Assembly (NCBI GenBank): GCA_051362555.1
Contig: CM120645.1
Location: 15,500,001 to 15,564,000, forward strand
Length of the DNA: 64,000 bases
From: Lingula anatina
Taxonomy: Eukaryota; Animalia; Brachiopoda
Direction of reading: 5' to 3'
The translations under genes were made by a program, and so were the position numbers. Positions 29,902-41,150 of the stretch are shown piece after piece; the first letter of the stretch is position 1, and each line of letters opens with the position of its first letter. Under the pieces are notes generated by a model. The model had not been told where the DNA came from, ran no database searches, and saw only the letters and a list, made by a program, of their open reading frames with translations.

Positions 29902-31013
29902 TATGATACTGAAAGGTGATGGTATTTATCAATGTTTTCTGCTTCAGCCTCTGTGTATTGTGTATTTACAGCGTCTTGAGGTCAACTATGTATAACTTTG
30001 TTTCTGCATTTTTAAAGGGTCAAAATGTTCAGTGTCCGAAGTCAGATAGAAGGTTAACCAAAGTAAGGGGTCCCTATTAAAAACAGATATTTAAAAAAAA
30101 CTGTTTAACTCCCGTCGGTTTGTCACAATTTGAGCACGTTCAGACCAAGCCATCTGCGGTCTAACAGATCCGCGGATCAAACCTGGCCAACCGACTTAAA
30201 AACAATGCCGACTAATCTGCTGTCGGCACGTGCGTCTCCCCGCCTCCACACGCGCCGTCCCTTCAGGGGCCTAGCAATTAAATGCCCGAGCCGAGATTTA
30301 ATTTGTTCAATGGCATATAAACATACATTTTAGCTTTTCGACAGCAGCCCAAACTGAACGCGCGAAAGGCTCCTTACAGAAGGTTGGAACTGATGCCACC
30401 TGGTCAAAGTTCTGACTGCTAGTGATGCTTACGCCGCTGTGCAAACGAAGTTTATTTTAGATTTTATTGCAAATTTACAGTTTGTTCAAATTTGCAGTAC
30501 TTCACATATTTTCCCCGCTTTTAATTATTTTACTCCGACTTACCAAACTTAAATCCGCCTTACCTGACACTCGCCATAACTGTAAAAAACGGGGAAAGTA
30601 CTTAGCCCGTACTTTGCGATAGGTGTTAAAATTCACCCATTCCTTTTAGCTCGTGGTTCACCAGGAGCCAGGAGATCAAAAATTAGATTATTTGCTTCTG
30701 GTTTTTAATTTATGGCAATTATCTGTTGAAATATGATAAAATGTATTACTTGTCCTCAGATAGGAATCAAGGACTTATCAATAAAAAAGAAATAAAAAAT
30801 TCAATTTCAACACCCTATTATAATAATAATTTATTGAGCACTAAAATGTTTCAGTACATTTTGCAGGCCCTCTAAAATACTTGTGTTATACATACATGTA
30901 ATATATCTAGACCTATTATCCCACTTATGTGATATCAGGCTTTCAAACACAAATGCAATTATGTTTTCATAGTTACCTTATATACATAATTTATTGCGTT
31001 AGTTGTTCATCAA

Positions 31014-31405
31014 GCGCAACGCCACAAAGGCATCGTGAATTAAGCAAATGGTAAGATAACAGTCTGAATGCTGGTCTTTACTTTTTCCGAGTAAGTGTTA
31101 TTGGAGTGAAATATTTCAATGCATTTTCGATAAAACTGTATGCAATATTTTGCTATCTTTTCTACATTTACGTAATGGGTGGGGTTTACTTTTTCAACAT
31201 GCGATGAAATTCCTTAGAATCCATTGTGTCCTCTTTGTTCTGGTTCAGCTAGAACAATGTCTTTTCTCTACACATCAATTACGACGTCTGTAAACTCCTC
31301 CTTGGAGATGTGATCAACCCTGAAACATATGTTGAACTTCTATTTCATAAAACGCCTTTCGCAGCACGGGAAATACAGCTAAATCCATCTCCCGTATAAC
31401 ACATT

Positions 31406-31448
<43 letters not shown>

Positions 31449-34170
31449 AATGACTAGACACTCAAAGATATTTCACCTGCCCACGTAAAAATCTGACCGT
31501 TTTACCTTTTTAGGTCAAGCCAGTTTAGGTCGAGTTTCATAACCCCCAGTAGCACTGCGAAAAGAATCCTATGCTTCAACTATCATATTACATGTACACT
31601 GTGTCACTACCTATACATAATATGGAAATGAAACATTAGACTGTGTTCTTGTGTTCAGATTTTCAAGAAAAGGCATGGTCTTAAAGGAAACGTCTTATCA
31701 ATTGATATAGTCGGATACTGAAGATAGCTTGAGGTAATTTGGACAAAATTGCATCATTACTTGCATGTAGTTAATCCAGAAAATCTGTGGGAGCACAGTA
31801 TTTAATTAATTTTTTTTGCTGTGACCCAGAAATGTCATATTTTAACAACTGTCATATTGTGCCATGTTTTAACAAATGCACGTCCAATATTAAAGTATCC
31901 ATTTTCCAACCATTTTAAATTTTTGCATTTTTTATATTATGTTTTTGGGTGACTCATTTCCTATATCAAATCATTTCAAATGGTTTTAATGCAGCTGTAG
32001 CTTTCCATTTGCCAAAACTGAGAAGTGCATTTTCCAGGCTTATTAAATACTTCAGTGGATCACTTCTGTCATTAACTGTTCCAAAGAACATAGCACATAC
32101 AATGAATTTTTGAGATGCGTATGAGTAAACGATATAAATAGTTGAGATAGAGACCCATACATTGTGAACACTTTGAATAGATAGTGCCATCATACCTTTT
32201 CCCGTCAATGTCACTGAATACAGACCGAGTTTTGGCCCTGACATATGGCATATTGTCAACTGCTCTCTTTTTGTCACACCTGCAGATTTTGTGACTGGAA
32301 TTAAATGGTAACGCATACAATGAGTCAGTCAAGGCATTAGGGTTTATTGAAGGATCTAAACGGCATTTCTGACAGGTAGGAACACACGGATTACTTTGTT
32401 TAATTTTATCAAGGATATTGTTGTCTAGAAAATTTTACCTTATTTTTGAACAACTGGTTAATAGATTCTAATACCCAATAATCAATACGCTGCAAAATTG
32501 AGCACATAATTCTCCCTATCAAGTGATTCGCTCTTCATTTTAGAGCAAGATCCAATACTTACAATGAACCATATCTGTATACAGTGTCAACACAGTCCTC
32601 GCTCTTTCTACAACCACCTCTACAAGCACAACCGAAGAAGTTACATGGCCCAACACCACAAACCGGAGTCGTCTGCAACAGGGTAAATTAAAGCGTATGA
32701 ATGTATTCCATCTTCCTTACACATACTCACAAACGCTCGCGAGAATCTTTTATTTCTGGTATGCTAGTGTCCATATCACACTTGAAAGAATTCCCTTTCC
32801 CCTATTCAAACGAGAGACTTCATTAACCTATTTATCACATATTATATGTAAAAATAATATCGAATTTAAAGAATTTGCTTATGGCGAACGGAACTGCCAA
32901 TGTCATTAGAACAGCCGATTTCTACTCCTTCATCCGCACGCTTCAGATTTTAAAAACGTAGAGCAGACGAATTTCACTCATATCAGTGCGTTTTAAGGAT
33001 ATTGCCACCCTTCGCCCAAAACTCATTATTTACTGCCTTACATACATTCTTTTGGGTATTAAATAAATCTTCAGTGCTCAGTGAGTAAATTAATTAACAT
33101 TTACACATATGTCAGCTTACGGGTGACGTACTAATTGCGATTTTGGCGAAAAACTGAAAAATCGATTTCTCAACTTTCTTTTTTACCTGAGCAGCCACGA
33201 TCATCGTTTCAATGCTTCGATTTTATGACACTATGTATCATTTCAAAACCCTGATAGGGGTTTTTCTTAAAAGTCTTTGTTCAGATTTTATCGTTGATAA
33301 AGCAAAATAATGCCTATGTTTAATGAAAATATGTAATTAGGGGCTCATACTGTAACACCATAAGAAAACTTTTAAACCAAAATGACTGCACTTGGTTGTA
33401 GCCTATATACTCATGGTCAATTCTGCCAATTTTCGTAAAAAAATCTTGTTCAGGGACGAATTAAGTTATGCCCCATACTGATTGCAATCTCACCTCTTAA
33501 CAAATTCCACAAAAGCAATGTGAATTAAGCAACGGGGAAGATAACACAGGCTGAATACTGATCTTAACTTCTTCCGAGTAAGGATTCTTAAAGAAAAGCT
33601 AAATGCACAATTTTGCTATCTTTGCTACATATACGGGTGGGGTTTAGTTTTTCAACTCGCGATAGAATTCCTCAGAGTCCGTATTGTCGTCTTCTTTCCA
33701 CTTCATGATGGCGGATTAAGCTAGGACAATGTTTCTTCTCTACACAGCCATTACGACATCTGTAAACTCCTCCTTGGAGATGTGATCTACCCTGAAACAC
33801 ACGGTTAAAGGTACATACGAACCGAGCATCGGTGGAGTGTGGATTACCAGTAAGACATGTAAACCACTTCTAGTTTCTTATATGACTCAAATAAATTAAC
33901 ATGCTAAGGGATGAACTGAATAGATCACTCAATCATCCATAAAGAGCTTTAGACTACTCCTTTCTTTAATTTTTGGTCGGAAATTTAACCTACTTTCGTG
34001 ACCTACTTTTCCGTCCCATTGACATACAGCTTAGAATGCTAGCAGAAAAATCCTTTCAAACATAATTTTCGAGTAAAATTAAACAATGCCTTTTGGTAAT
34101 TTTCTTAGTTATACTACTTGAAACCATACTATTTGGTCGGTTTTTGTGTAAAAGTGTTTTTTCTGTACGA

Positions 34171-34231
<61 letters not shown>

Positions 34232-35237
34232 GGAAATGAAAGATAAGACTGTGTTCTAGTCTGGATACTTAGGTTAGGTTGAGGTGATCTGGACAAAATT
34301 ACATTATTACTTGCATGTTGTTCATCCAGAAAATCTGTTGTGGCGGCACAATGTTGAAATGGAATTTTATTTTGTGACCTTAAAGTGTCAAATTTCACCT
34401 ATTGTATTATGGTACCACACTTTAAAGTCAACATCAAAGCCCATTTTCCATCCATTTGAACCTTTTTTCTTTTTGTATAATATGGGTGAAACGTGACTCA
34501 GTTTCCGCCTTTTTTGTGATTTTAGATCATTTTAAATAGTTTTAATGCAGCTGTAGCTTTCCTATAGGCAAAACTGAGAGGATCATTTTTCAGGTTTATC
34601 AAATATTTCAGTGGATCACTTCTCTCATTAACTGTTCCAAAGAACGCATACAATGTGAACTTGCTAGATGCGTATGGGTAAACGATATGAGAAGTTGAGA
34701 TAGAGACCCGTGCATTGTGAAGAGTTTGGATAGATACTACCATCATACCTTTTTGTCGATTTCACTGAATGCAGCCTGCATTTTGGCTTTGACATATGAC
34801 ATATTGTCAACAGCTCTTTTTTTGTCACACCTGCAGATACCTCTCCTGTAATTAAATAGCAACGCAATCACGTCACAAGTGTTGTGTGAAGAATCTAATC
34901 GGCACGTCTGATAGGTAGTAACACAAGGATTACTGTGTGTTTATGAAGAATATTGTTGTCTAAAAAGATTTACCTTATTTATGAACAACAAAATATGATG
35001 TAAAATCGAACACATATTTTCCCCATGTGAAGTGTTTTTTTCTGCATTTTCGAGCAAGATTCAATATTAAAAATGAACCTGACCTGTAAAAAAGTGTCAA
35101 CACAGTCCTCTCTCTTTCTACAACCACCACTACAAGCACAACCGAAGAAGTTACACCTCCCGACACCACACAGTGGACCGATCTGCAATAGGGCAAATTA
35201 AATCTTATGAAAGTATTCCGTCTCCTTTACACAAATA

Positions 35238-35272
<35 letters not shown>

Positions 35273-35530
35273 TCACACACACGCTCGCAAGAATCGCGTG
35301 TTTGCATGTACTGCTGTGCTTATGTCCATACCACACTCGAAAGATTTACCTGTCCCCTATTCACACGGGAAACTCCTAAACTAATTTATCACATATTATA
35401 TGTAAAAGTACATCGAGTATATACAATTTGCTCATGAGCGAAGGGACTGCCAAATGTCATTAGGAAAGCCTCTGTCGATTCCTTCCTTTCATTCATTCAT
35501 CACACAGATTTTGAAAGCGTAGAGCAGACG
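31014..35530. repeat. ~2 kb direct tandem duplication (about 31014-32975 vs about 33500-35530) covering exons 2-4, introns and 3' UTR of the peptide gene
   Basis: Collinear, diverged similarity of exons, introns and 3' flanks, judged by eye. Confidence 0.85.
31268..32672 (-). CDS. Diedel/mytimycin-like Cys-rich peptide with EF-hand-like extension, distal copy (exons 32672-32563, 32279-32196, 31319-31268; no signal-peptide exon of its own found)
   Basis: In-phase splicing gives TTPVCGVGPCNFFGCACRGGCRKSEDCVDTVYRYGSLCDKKRAVDNMPYVRAKTRSVFSDIDGKRVDHISKEEFTDVVIDV*; AG acceptors and GTAAGT/GTATGA donors. Confidence 0.7.
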
Positions 35531-36076
35531 AAAGACACTCAAAGCAGTACATTCACGTTAACTGATTCAGAGATAATTTCTGACTCTTTTCCAAGGTATC
35601 TTTCTTCATTTCTGACCGTCTTTCGACAGAAAATCTTAAATGCCGGACGATTGAAACTTGAAAAATCTGAAGACCCAGAATACGACCTCCTGACCCCATC
35701 TAAATTCGCCACTGACACTTGTTGTGCTATTTTGTGGAATGAAACCAAGACTGTCATGATAATCAGATTTCGTAAAGTCCACGGTAAATGAATGCACATG
35801 CAAGATATAAGAAACAGAATCATATAAGATGCTTACAGTGTAACACACACAAAACACACTCAACCTCCAAGTTTTGTCTAAATGTAATAGCTTTAGCAAC
35901 GTTGAATCTATGGTGAAAAATTAATCTTACTTTACACGTTCATTGACATACGTACCTTTTTGCAGTCGGCACAGTAAACGGTTAAAAAAATTAATACTAC
36001 ATACGGCCTGCCCAACTTCTACCAAGCTTACTGCAACAAAGACTGTGACTAGCAGAATAGATTTACTGCAAATCAT
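33740..36076 (-). CDS. Secreted Diedel/mytimycin-like Cys-rich peptide precursor, proximal copy (exons 36076-35956, 35182-35084, 34830-34749, 33791-33740); three single-base homopolymer frame defects as sequenced
   Basis: Signal peptide MICSKSILLVTVFVAVSLVEVGQA, then VCSINF(L)TVYCADCKK | IGPLCGVGRCNFFGCACSGGCRKREDCVDTF | CDKKRAVDNMSYVKAKMQAAFSEIDK | VDHISKEEFTDVVMAV*; canonical splice sites. Confidence 0.68.
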
Positions 36077-36183
36077 GGCCTGAAATAGTTGAAAGAGTAA
36101 AACAAAATCAGCAAAATGAAATACCCTAGCTTACGACAAATTTGCGTTTGGTTCGCTCCAAGACAGTGCCTATAATAACTTAC

Positions 36184-36260
36184 GAGCTGAGATGTTTGAG
36201 ATTGGTTTACTCAGATGTGAATGGCGAAACTGTGCTAACTCTATTTACATCTTATATAAA
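36184..36260 (-). promoter_or_regulatory. TATA box and short non-coding first exon of the Cys-rich peptide gene
   Basis: Minus-strand TATATAAG at about 36251-36258; donor CTC|GTAAGT at 36184/36183; acceptor TTTCAG|GCCATG immediately before the ATG at 36076. Confidence 0.55.
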
Positions 36261-37564
36261 TATGCCTGTAGTCAATCAGTCATTGGCACCCTGTGTTCAA
36301 GAGCAGCGTAATGGATATGCATTCAATCCTTGATTTCTATGATGTCAACTGTTGCATATTTTAGGAGCAGTAAAGCAGTGAAGATAAAACAAGGATAAGA
36401 CGAACTCCCTAGAAATTCAGAGTTGTTTGCGTTGTGCTGGTAGTCCTCTCAGAAGGTTCACCGCGTTGACAGGGACTAAATTCTTAGCCGGAAATGACAC
36501 TACAATAGCGCTTAAATTTCGTACACAGGCATACCTGTCCGTTTTGCAGCTGTATATCATGTAAAAGAAAGCTATCAGAAAATTATTGTCTTGTTTTTGT
36601 CATATCAAGGGTCGTTTCTTTTCCTCCATACTCGCACGTCATCGAAACCACTGCTAGCGCGTAGTTCCGTTACCCCATTCAGATTGGGCCCGGGAACTAA
36701 ACGAAAAGAGCGGAGATTTCCATTGATAACGCAATGACCCAGTCAAATGATTATGAAATGAGCCTAAATAAATTAGCTATATCCGGTCCCCATATTTGTA
36801 ACTCACAAAAGATTACTTCATGTCAACGCTGTCTAACCGCTGATTAAGGATCGCAGGGACCTTTCCCGACTCTGTAAAATTAAGTGTACTCTTCCCTGAT
36901 AATTTTCATATGTGATTAAAGTTACATTTTCTAAACTTAATGAATATGAAGCAAAACACGATATATACTATAAACGAAGAGCGTGCACATAAGATACGAT
37001 TTCGATTCAGGATGGCAGAGTGCTTTCCCCAACTCTGTGAAGTTAAGTGCAGTCTTTCCTAAAAAATTTGTATGTGTAAAGTGTTACATTTTCCAAAGTT
37101 ATCCAAAGCAAAATACGATGCATATTCTAAGCGGAAAGCGTGCTCAAGATCGGCGCCATGTTGCTCATGTCCTAGAGTTGTTACCCAGTATCGTTGACGT
37201 GCACATATATCTATCAATGAATAAACTGTATATTAATTTATTATATCTCTGTATAATAAATATAACGGCCATTATACACGGAGAGGTTTCTTTCATACAA
37301 AGCAAGACAGGAATGCCCGCATTCATGGCTCTATTTCAATAACTTGAGCTGAAGAGTACAATACAACTACATCACCAGCCAACACAATAGGTGTTCTTTT
37401 TGTCCTCAAAGATATATTTTTAAGGTCAGAGTCAGTTAATAAACAAGCGCCATTTTTCCCCACTGTGGAGAAGTTCTAAAAGGGAAAGGAAGAAACAGGG
37501 CACATGTTTCAGGGATTATCTTAAAAACTGTTGTGATAAATATGAAAGTAGGCCTGCGCAGTAA

Positions 37565-37821
37565 GGCTTCGTTCACATGCAATGTCTGTTTTCTAAATTC
37601 TATTTTCTATTCGCGCTATCTTATGATCACGGTCTGTGCACTGAATATCCCGCCGCGTAATTACTGGCAGCGCGAGCCAGTTACTTATAGTAACTTATAG
37701 TAAGTGCCTCGCACTGCCAGTAATTACGCGGCGGGATAATCAGTGCACAGACCGTGATCATAAGACATGCCGCAAATAGAAAATAGAATTTAGAAAATAG
37801 ACATTGCATGTGAACGAAGCC
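37565..37821. mobile_element. PIF/Harbinger-type foldback MITE
   Basis: About 115-bp near-perfect inverted arms GGCTTCGTTCACATGCAATG...CATTGCATGTGAACGAAGCC, flanked by a TAA target-site duplication. Confidence 0.88.
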
Positions 37822-37973
37822 TAAGTGATAACATGTAATTGCGATCTCTGTTGATCGATGCTGCACCATTTGGAAGTTGAGGGATAAATGATTATTATGA
37901 CAATTTTTAGACTTAGTGATTCAACAAAACCAACTCAATCATCCTTTGTAAACTATAAAAGAGACAGCCAGAC

Positions 37974-39732
37974 ATGGCAGAAGCAGCTTTCACAGATAGT
38001 CTCTCGACATGTGCTGCCTTGCTACCATACATTTTGCTATGGTTGTTTATGTGACCATGCTAAGCGCACCCTGACTCCGAATAGGACGTTTTTGTGTCCC
38101 ATTTGTAGAGAAGAGATCCAGTTTCCAACTGGTGGACTTACTCAACTGAAAAATAATTTTGTCTTCAGCAAGGCCATGGACATCATAACCCAGCAACGAG
38201 AGAGACGGACGTTAGAAGAGGAACAGGTCAATGTAGCAGGAGAGGCAAAGGCCATTACACAGATGACAAACAGTTGTGAGAAACATGCTAATAATGAATT
38301 AAAATATTACTGTGAAGATGATGATACAGTTAAATATGGTGAGTGTATAGCAACAGAACATGGTGGACGTCGTATTTCATCAGTTGAGCAATTGCAAAAA
38401 GCAGTAGAGGCAAAATTAAAGCTACCCTTGTGAAAACCATGAAAACAACAAACAGGTTTAAAGCGGCAGTTGCCATGGAAATAGCCAATGAATCAGGACT
38501 CTCAAATCAGGACAGGCACCATCAAAAACATAAAAAAACAAGCTCAGAGTCTCCACAAATTAATTGATCAGAGGGTAGAGACACTGATATCAGAGGTGAA
38601 TTCTGCTTACGACAACAGGAAAAGGCAGAGGGAGAAAAACAAGGACATCCTTGAACTCCACCATATTTCCTTGTACAGTGCCTGTGACTTTGCCCAGGAA
38701 CTCATCGTTAATGCCACTGACTCTGATGTCATGGTTCATGCAAAATCTCTGATAGAAAGACTGGAAGAAATGGAGAAAACACCTGTCCCATCTCCAGACA
38801 CACCTACACAGATATTGTACAGCCAAGGTAAGATATCTACTGCCGGACTGATAGCCATGTTAGGACAGGTGACAGTACAATCACAACGTTCATTACCTGG
38901 GGAGGGAACAAATCCAACACCACATCCTCATGTTTTCTTAGAGAAGGCAGAATGTGTACATTCCTTCAGTTCTAAGCTGAAAGATGACAGAAAAATTGCC
39001 ATACATGGGTTAGCCATAGATATGGAACAAATGTTTGTTGTGGATAATGAAAACAACAGAACAAAAATGTTCACACATGCTGGAGAGTTCAAGCACAACA
39101 TTGAAATAAGCAGTCCATTTCACGTGGCTGTGTCACAGACTGGTCAACCGTATATAACATCAGTAAATGACAAATATGTGAAAGTGTTCTCCACTAGAGG
39201 TCAGCCGCTGGCAACCGTGGGTCAGGATCAACTGAAGGAGCCATGGGGTATTACGCTGAACAAACAAGGTCATGTGATGATTTGTGACAGAGGAAAGAAA
39301 TGCATCTTGTCATTCCATGCAGACAGCGGGCAGCTTCTGAACACTATTCCACTCAGTATGTGTGAATGCCCAGAGTACATCACAGTGAACAATGTAAATG
39401 ATAACATTGTGATATCAGACTGGGGCAGTAGCTGTGTACATGTGCTGTCACCATTTGGGAATCAGCTGTACCAGTATGGGACATATTGCAGTGGTGTTGG
39501 TCAAATGTTGATATCACAGGGAGTTTGCACAGACAGATATGGTCACATCTTCATTGCTGACAGGGATAACAACAGGATAGTGGCGCTGAGTCCACAGGGA
39601 CAGTTCATCAGATACATTGCCACTCACCGTGATGGAATGGAGCGTCCCGTAGCATTAGCCATCAACCCTGCTGACCAGCTGATGGTGGCAGAGAGAAAGG
39701 GCAATGTTAAGACATTCCAGTACTTACAATAA
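37974..39732 (+). pseudogene. Intronless TRIM-NHL (TRIM2/3/71-like RING, B-box, coiled-coil, NHL) pseudogene
   Basis: Likely start MAEAAFTDSLSTC at 37974 is out of frame with the RING remainder LPCYHTFC..CPICR (first Cys pair partly deleted). The B-box CEKH..YYCEDDD has lost ligands, and there are further frameshifts near 38390 and 38490. An intact 414-aa coiled-coil plus NHL ORF spans 38488-39732. Confidence 0.82.
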
Positions 39733-40169
39733 ATGTTGCTGAAATTAAACTCTGCTGAAAATGTATATCACAATACTGATATTCTGATGGAAGTTCAGCT
39801 GTTGATAATTAATAAGATTTTACTGCTAACTTTCTACAATAAATTAAAGCTATACTACCAAATACAGACTTGACTTGGAATATTATTTTTCCAAATCATT
39901 TTTCATCAGTTTTTTTTCCTATTTTGCTGACTGATAAATGAAAATAAAGATTAAAATCGTGTTTTAATAACTTTAAATTATCTCTTTAATGTCATTGTGA
40001 CATCAGTTCATTAATGGAATTCACCAGAGAAGCAAACAAAAACACATTGCCTATTCTATGTCATACGACAATCATTAAAAAGAGATATTTTGGACCTCCA
40101 TATTTTCCAAATCATTGTCTGTAAAAGAGTTACACGCTCCGCAAAGGACCCTCATGTCAGTGTCTAGTC

Positions 40170-41150
40170 ACAGTTACGGTGGCTGTTACGCCTGACCTCT
40201 TCTGGCTGCTACCAGCGCTCTCAAGTGGCAAGGCATTGCTTGGGATAGGTTTTTAAAGTTCAATCTGGAATAACATTCCAGGCTTCGGTCAAAATCTGTC
40301 CAATTTGGTCCAGTTTTGTTGTAGGACATGTAAGCCATTGATTCGGCGAGTAATGGCCTACCCACATATTGTCTATGTGGTTCAAATATGGCGGTTTTGA
40401 TGACCAAGGTAGCTGCTCATTCCCTTGGTTCTGTAAGTAATCTGCTATTAAAAGTGCTCTGTAAGAACCGGCAATCTCACCGTGCAACCTAAAATTCTTC
40501 CTCAGTTGCCCCCTATCAAATGATAGCCAAGTGGTTTCCAGATTATTTCTTTATTTGATCTGGTTCAGGTTTTCGTCGATGACTACCATTGGTGTTTTGG
40601 CACCAATGTGGTATCCACTCCGAATACTAACGCTGTTAATGACTTTAGTCACTTTAGACGCCGCACGCGCTTCGTCGTTGGCCTCTTTTGGATGTCTGTA
40701 AACTCTGTTTTGATTGTTGAGCGGTACAGGTGAAATCTGACCTTAATAAAGAAACCCACAAGATTTCAGTGTTCAACCCAGAAACAGTCAAAGTCCCCAA
40801 TTCATCAGAGAAACATACAACGATGTTTTGCTGTTTACAGTGGGTTCCCCCGAGGTCGTCTGGTATTCTAACCTGCTAAAACCAGTTTGGTGTCCGCAAA
40901 GGGCCTTGAAAAATGCGTTTTGGTGGCAATATACCCCTCATTCTGAACGGACTGGGTGGCTTTTGTTTAGTTGCAACAGCATATCCCGAAAGACAGTGGG
41001 TCCTGTACCCTGGTGGTAAGATTTCAATAAATTGGGTGTGGCCTCTGTGTAGGTACATCTTTCTGGGCATTACTCTATAAAACTGTGCGGAGCGTTTCGT
41101 TTGGAGCAATTATCTGTGTGGCAATGCCTGTTTTTTACGCGCCATTCTGC
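40170..41150 (-). mobile_element. Degenerate Tc1/mariner transposase remnant
   Basis: Fragments across frames match Tc1 transposase motifs (WPSxSPDLNPIE; SMxxRxxAxxxAxGG): FSDE, RFHL..RVYR, KTPMVVIDENLN, LPWSSKPPYLNHIDNMW, EAWNVIP, AMPCHLRALVAARRG. Boundaries are approximate. Confidence 0.75.

Noticed and set aside
30090-30680. GC/CpG-rich patch downstream of SRPK as an ncRNA or promoter
   Set aside because: No recognisable RNA fold, termini or adjacent gene start; cannot be supported
31966-32332. ORF-track proteins of 116 and 86 aa (and counterparts at 34522-34867)
   Set aside because: Mostly intron read-through; only the 84-nt exon encoding CDKKR...DIDGK is supported by splice sites
32570-32575. 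AT-AC minor intron starting ATAT
   Set aside because: The sequence is ATATGG, not ATATCC, and the intron ends in AG; better explained as a non-functional GT-type donor position
32990-33500. Possible TTAA-flanked (Kolobok/piggyBac-like) element between the peptide cassettes
   Set aside because: The ends are not convincingly inverted repeats
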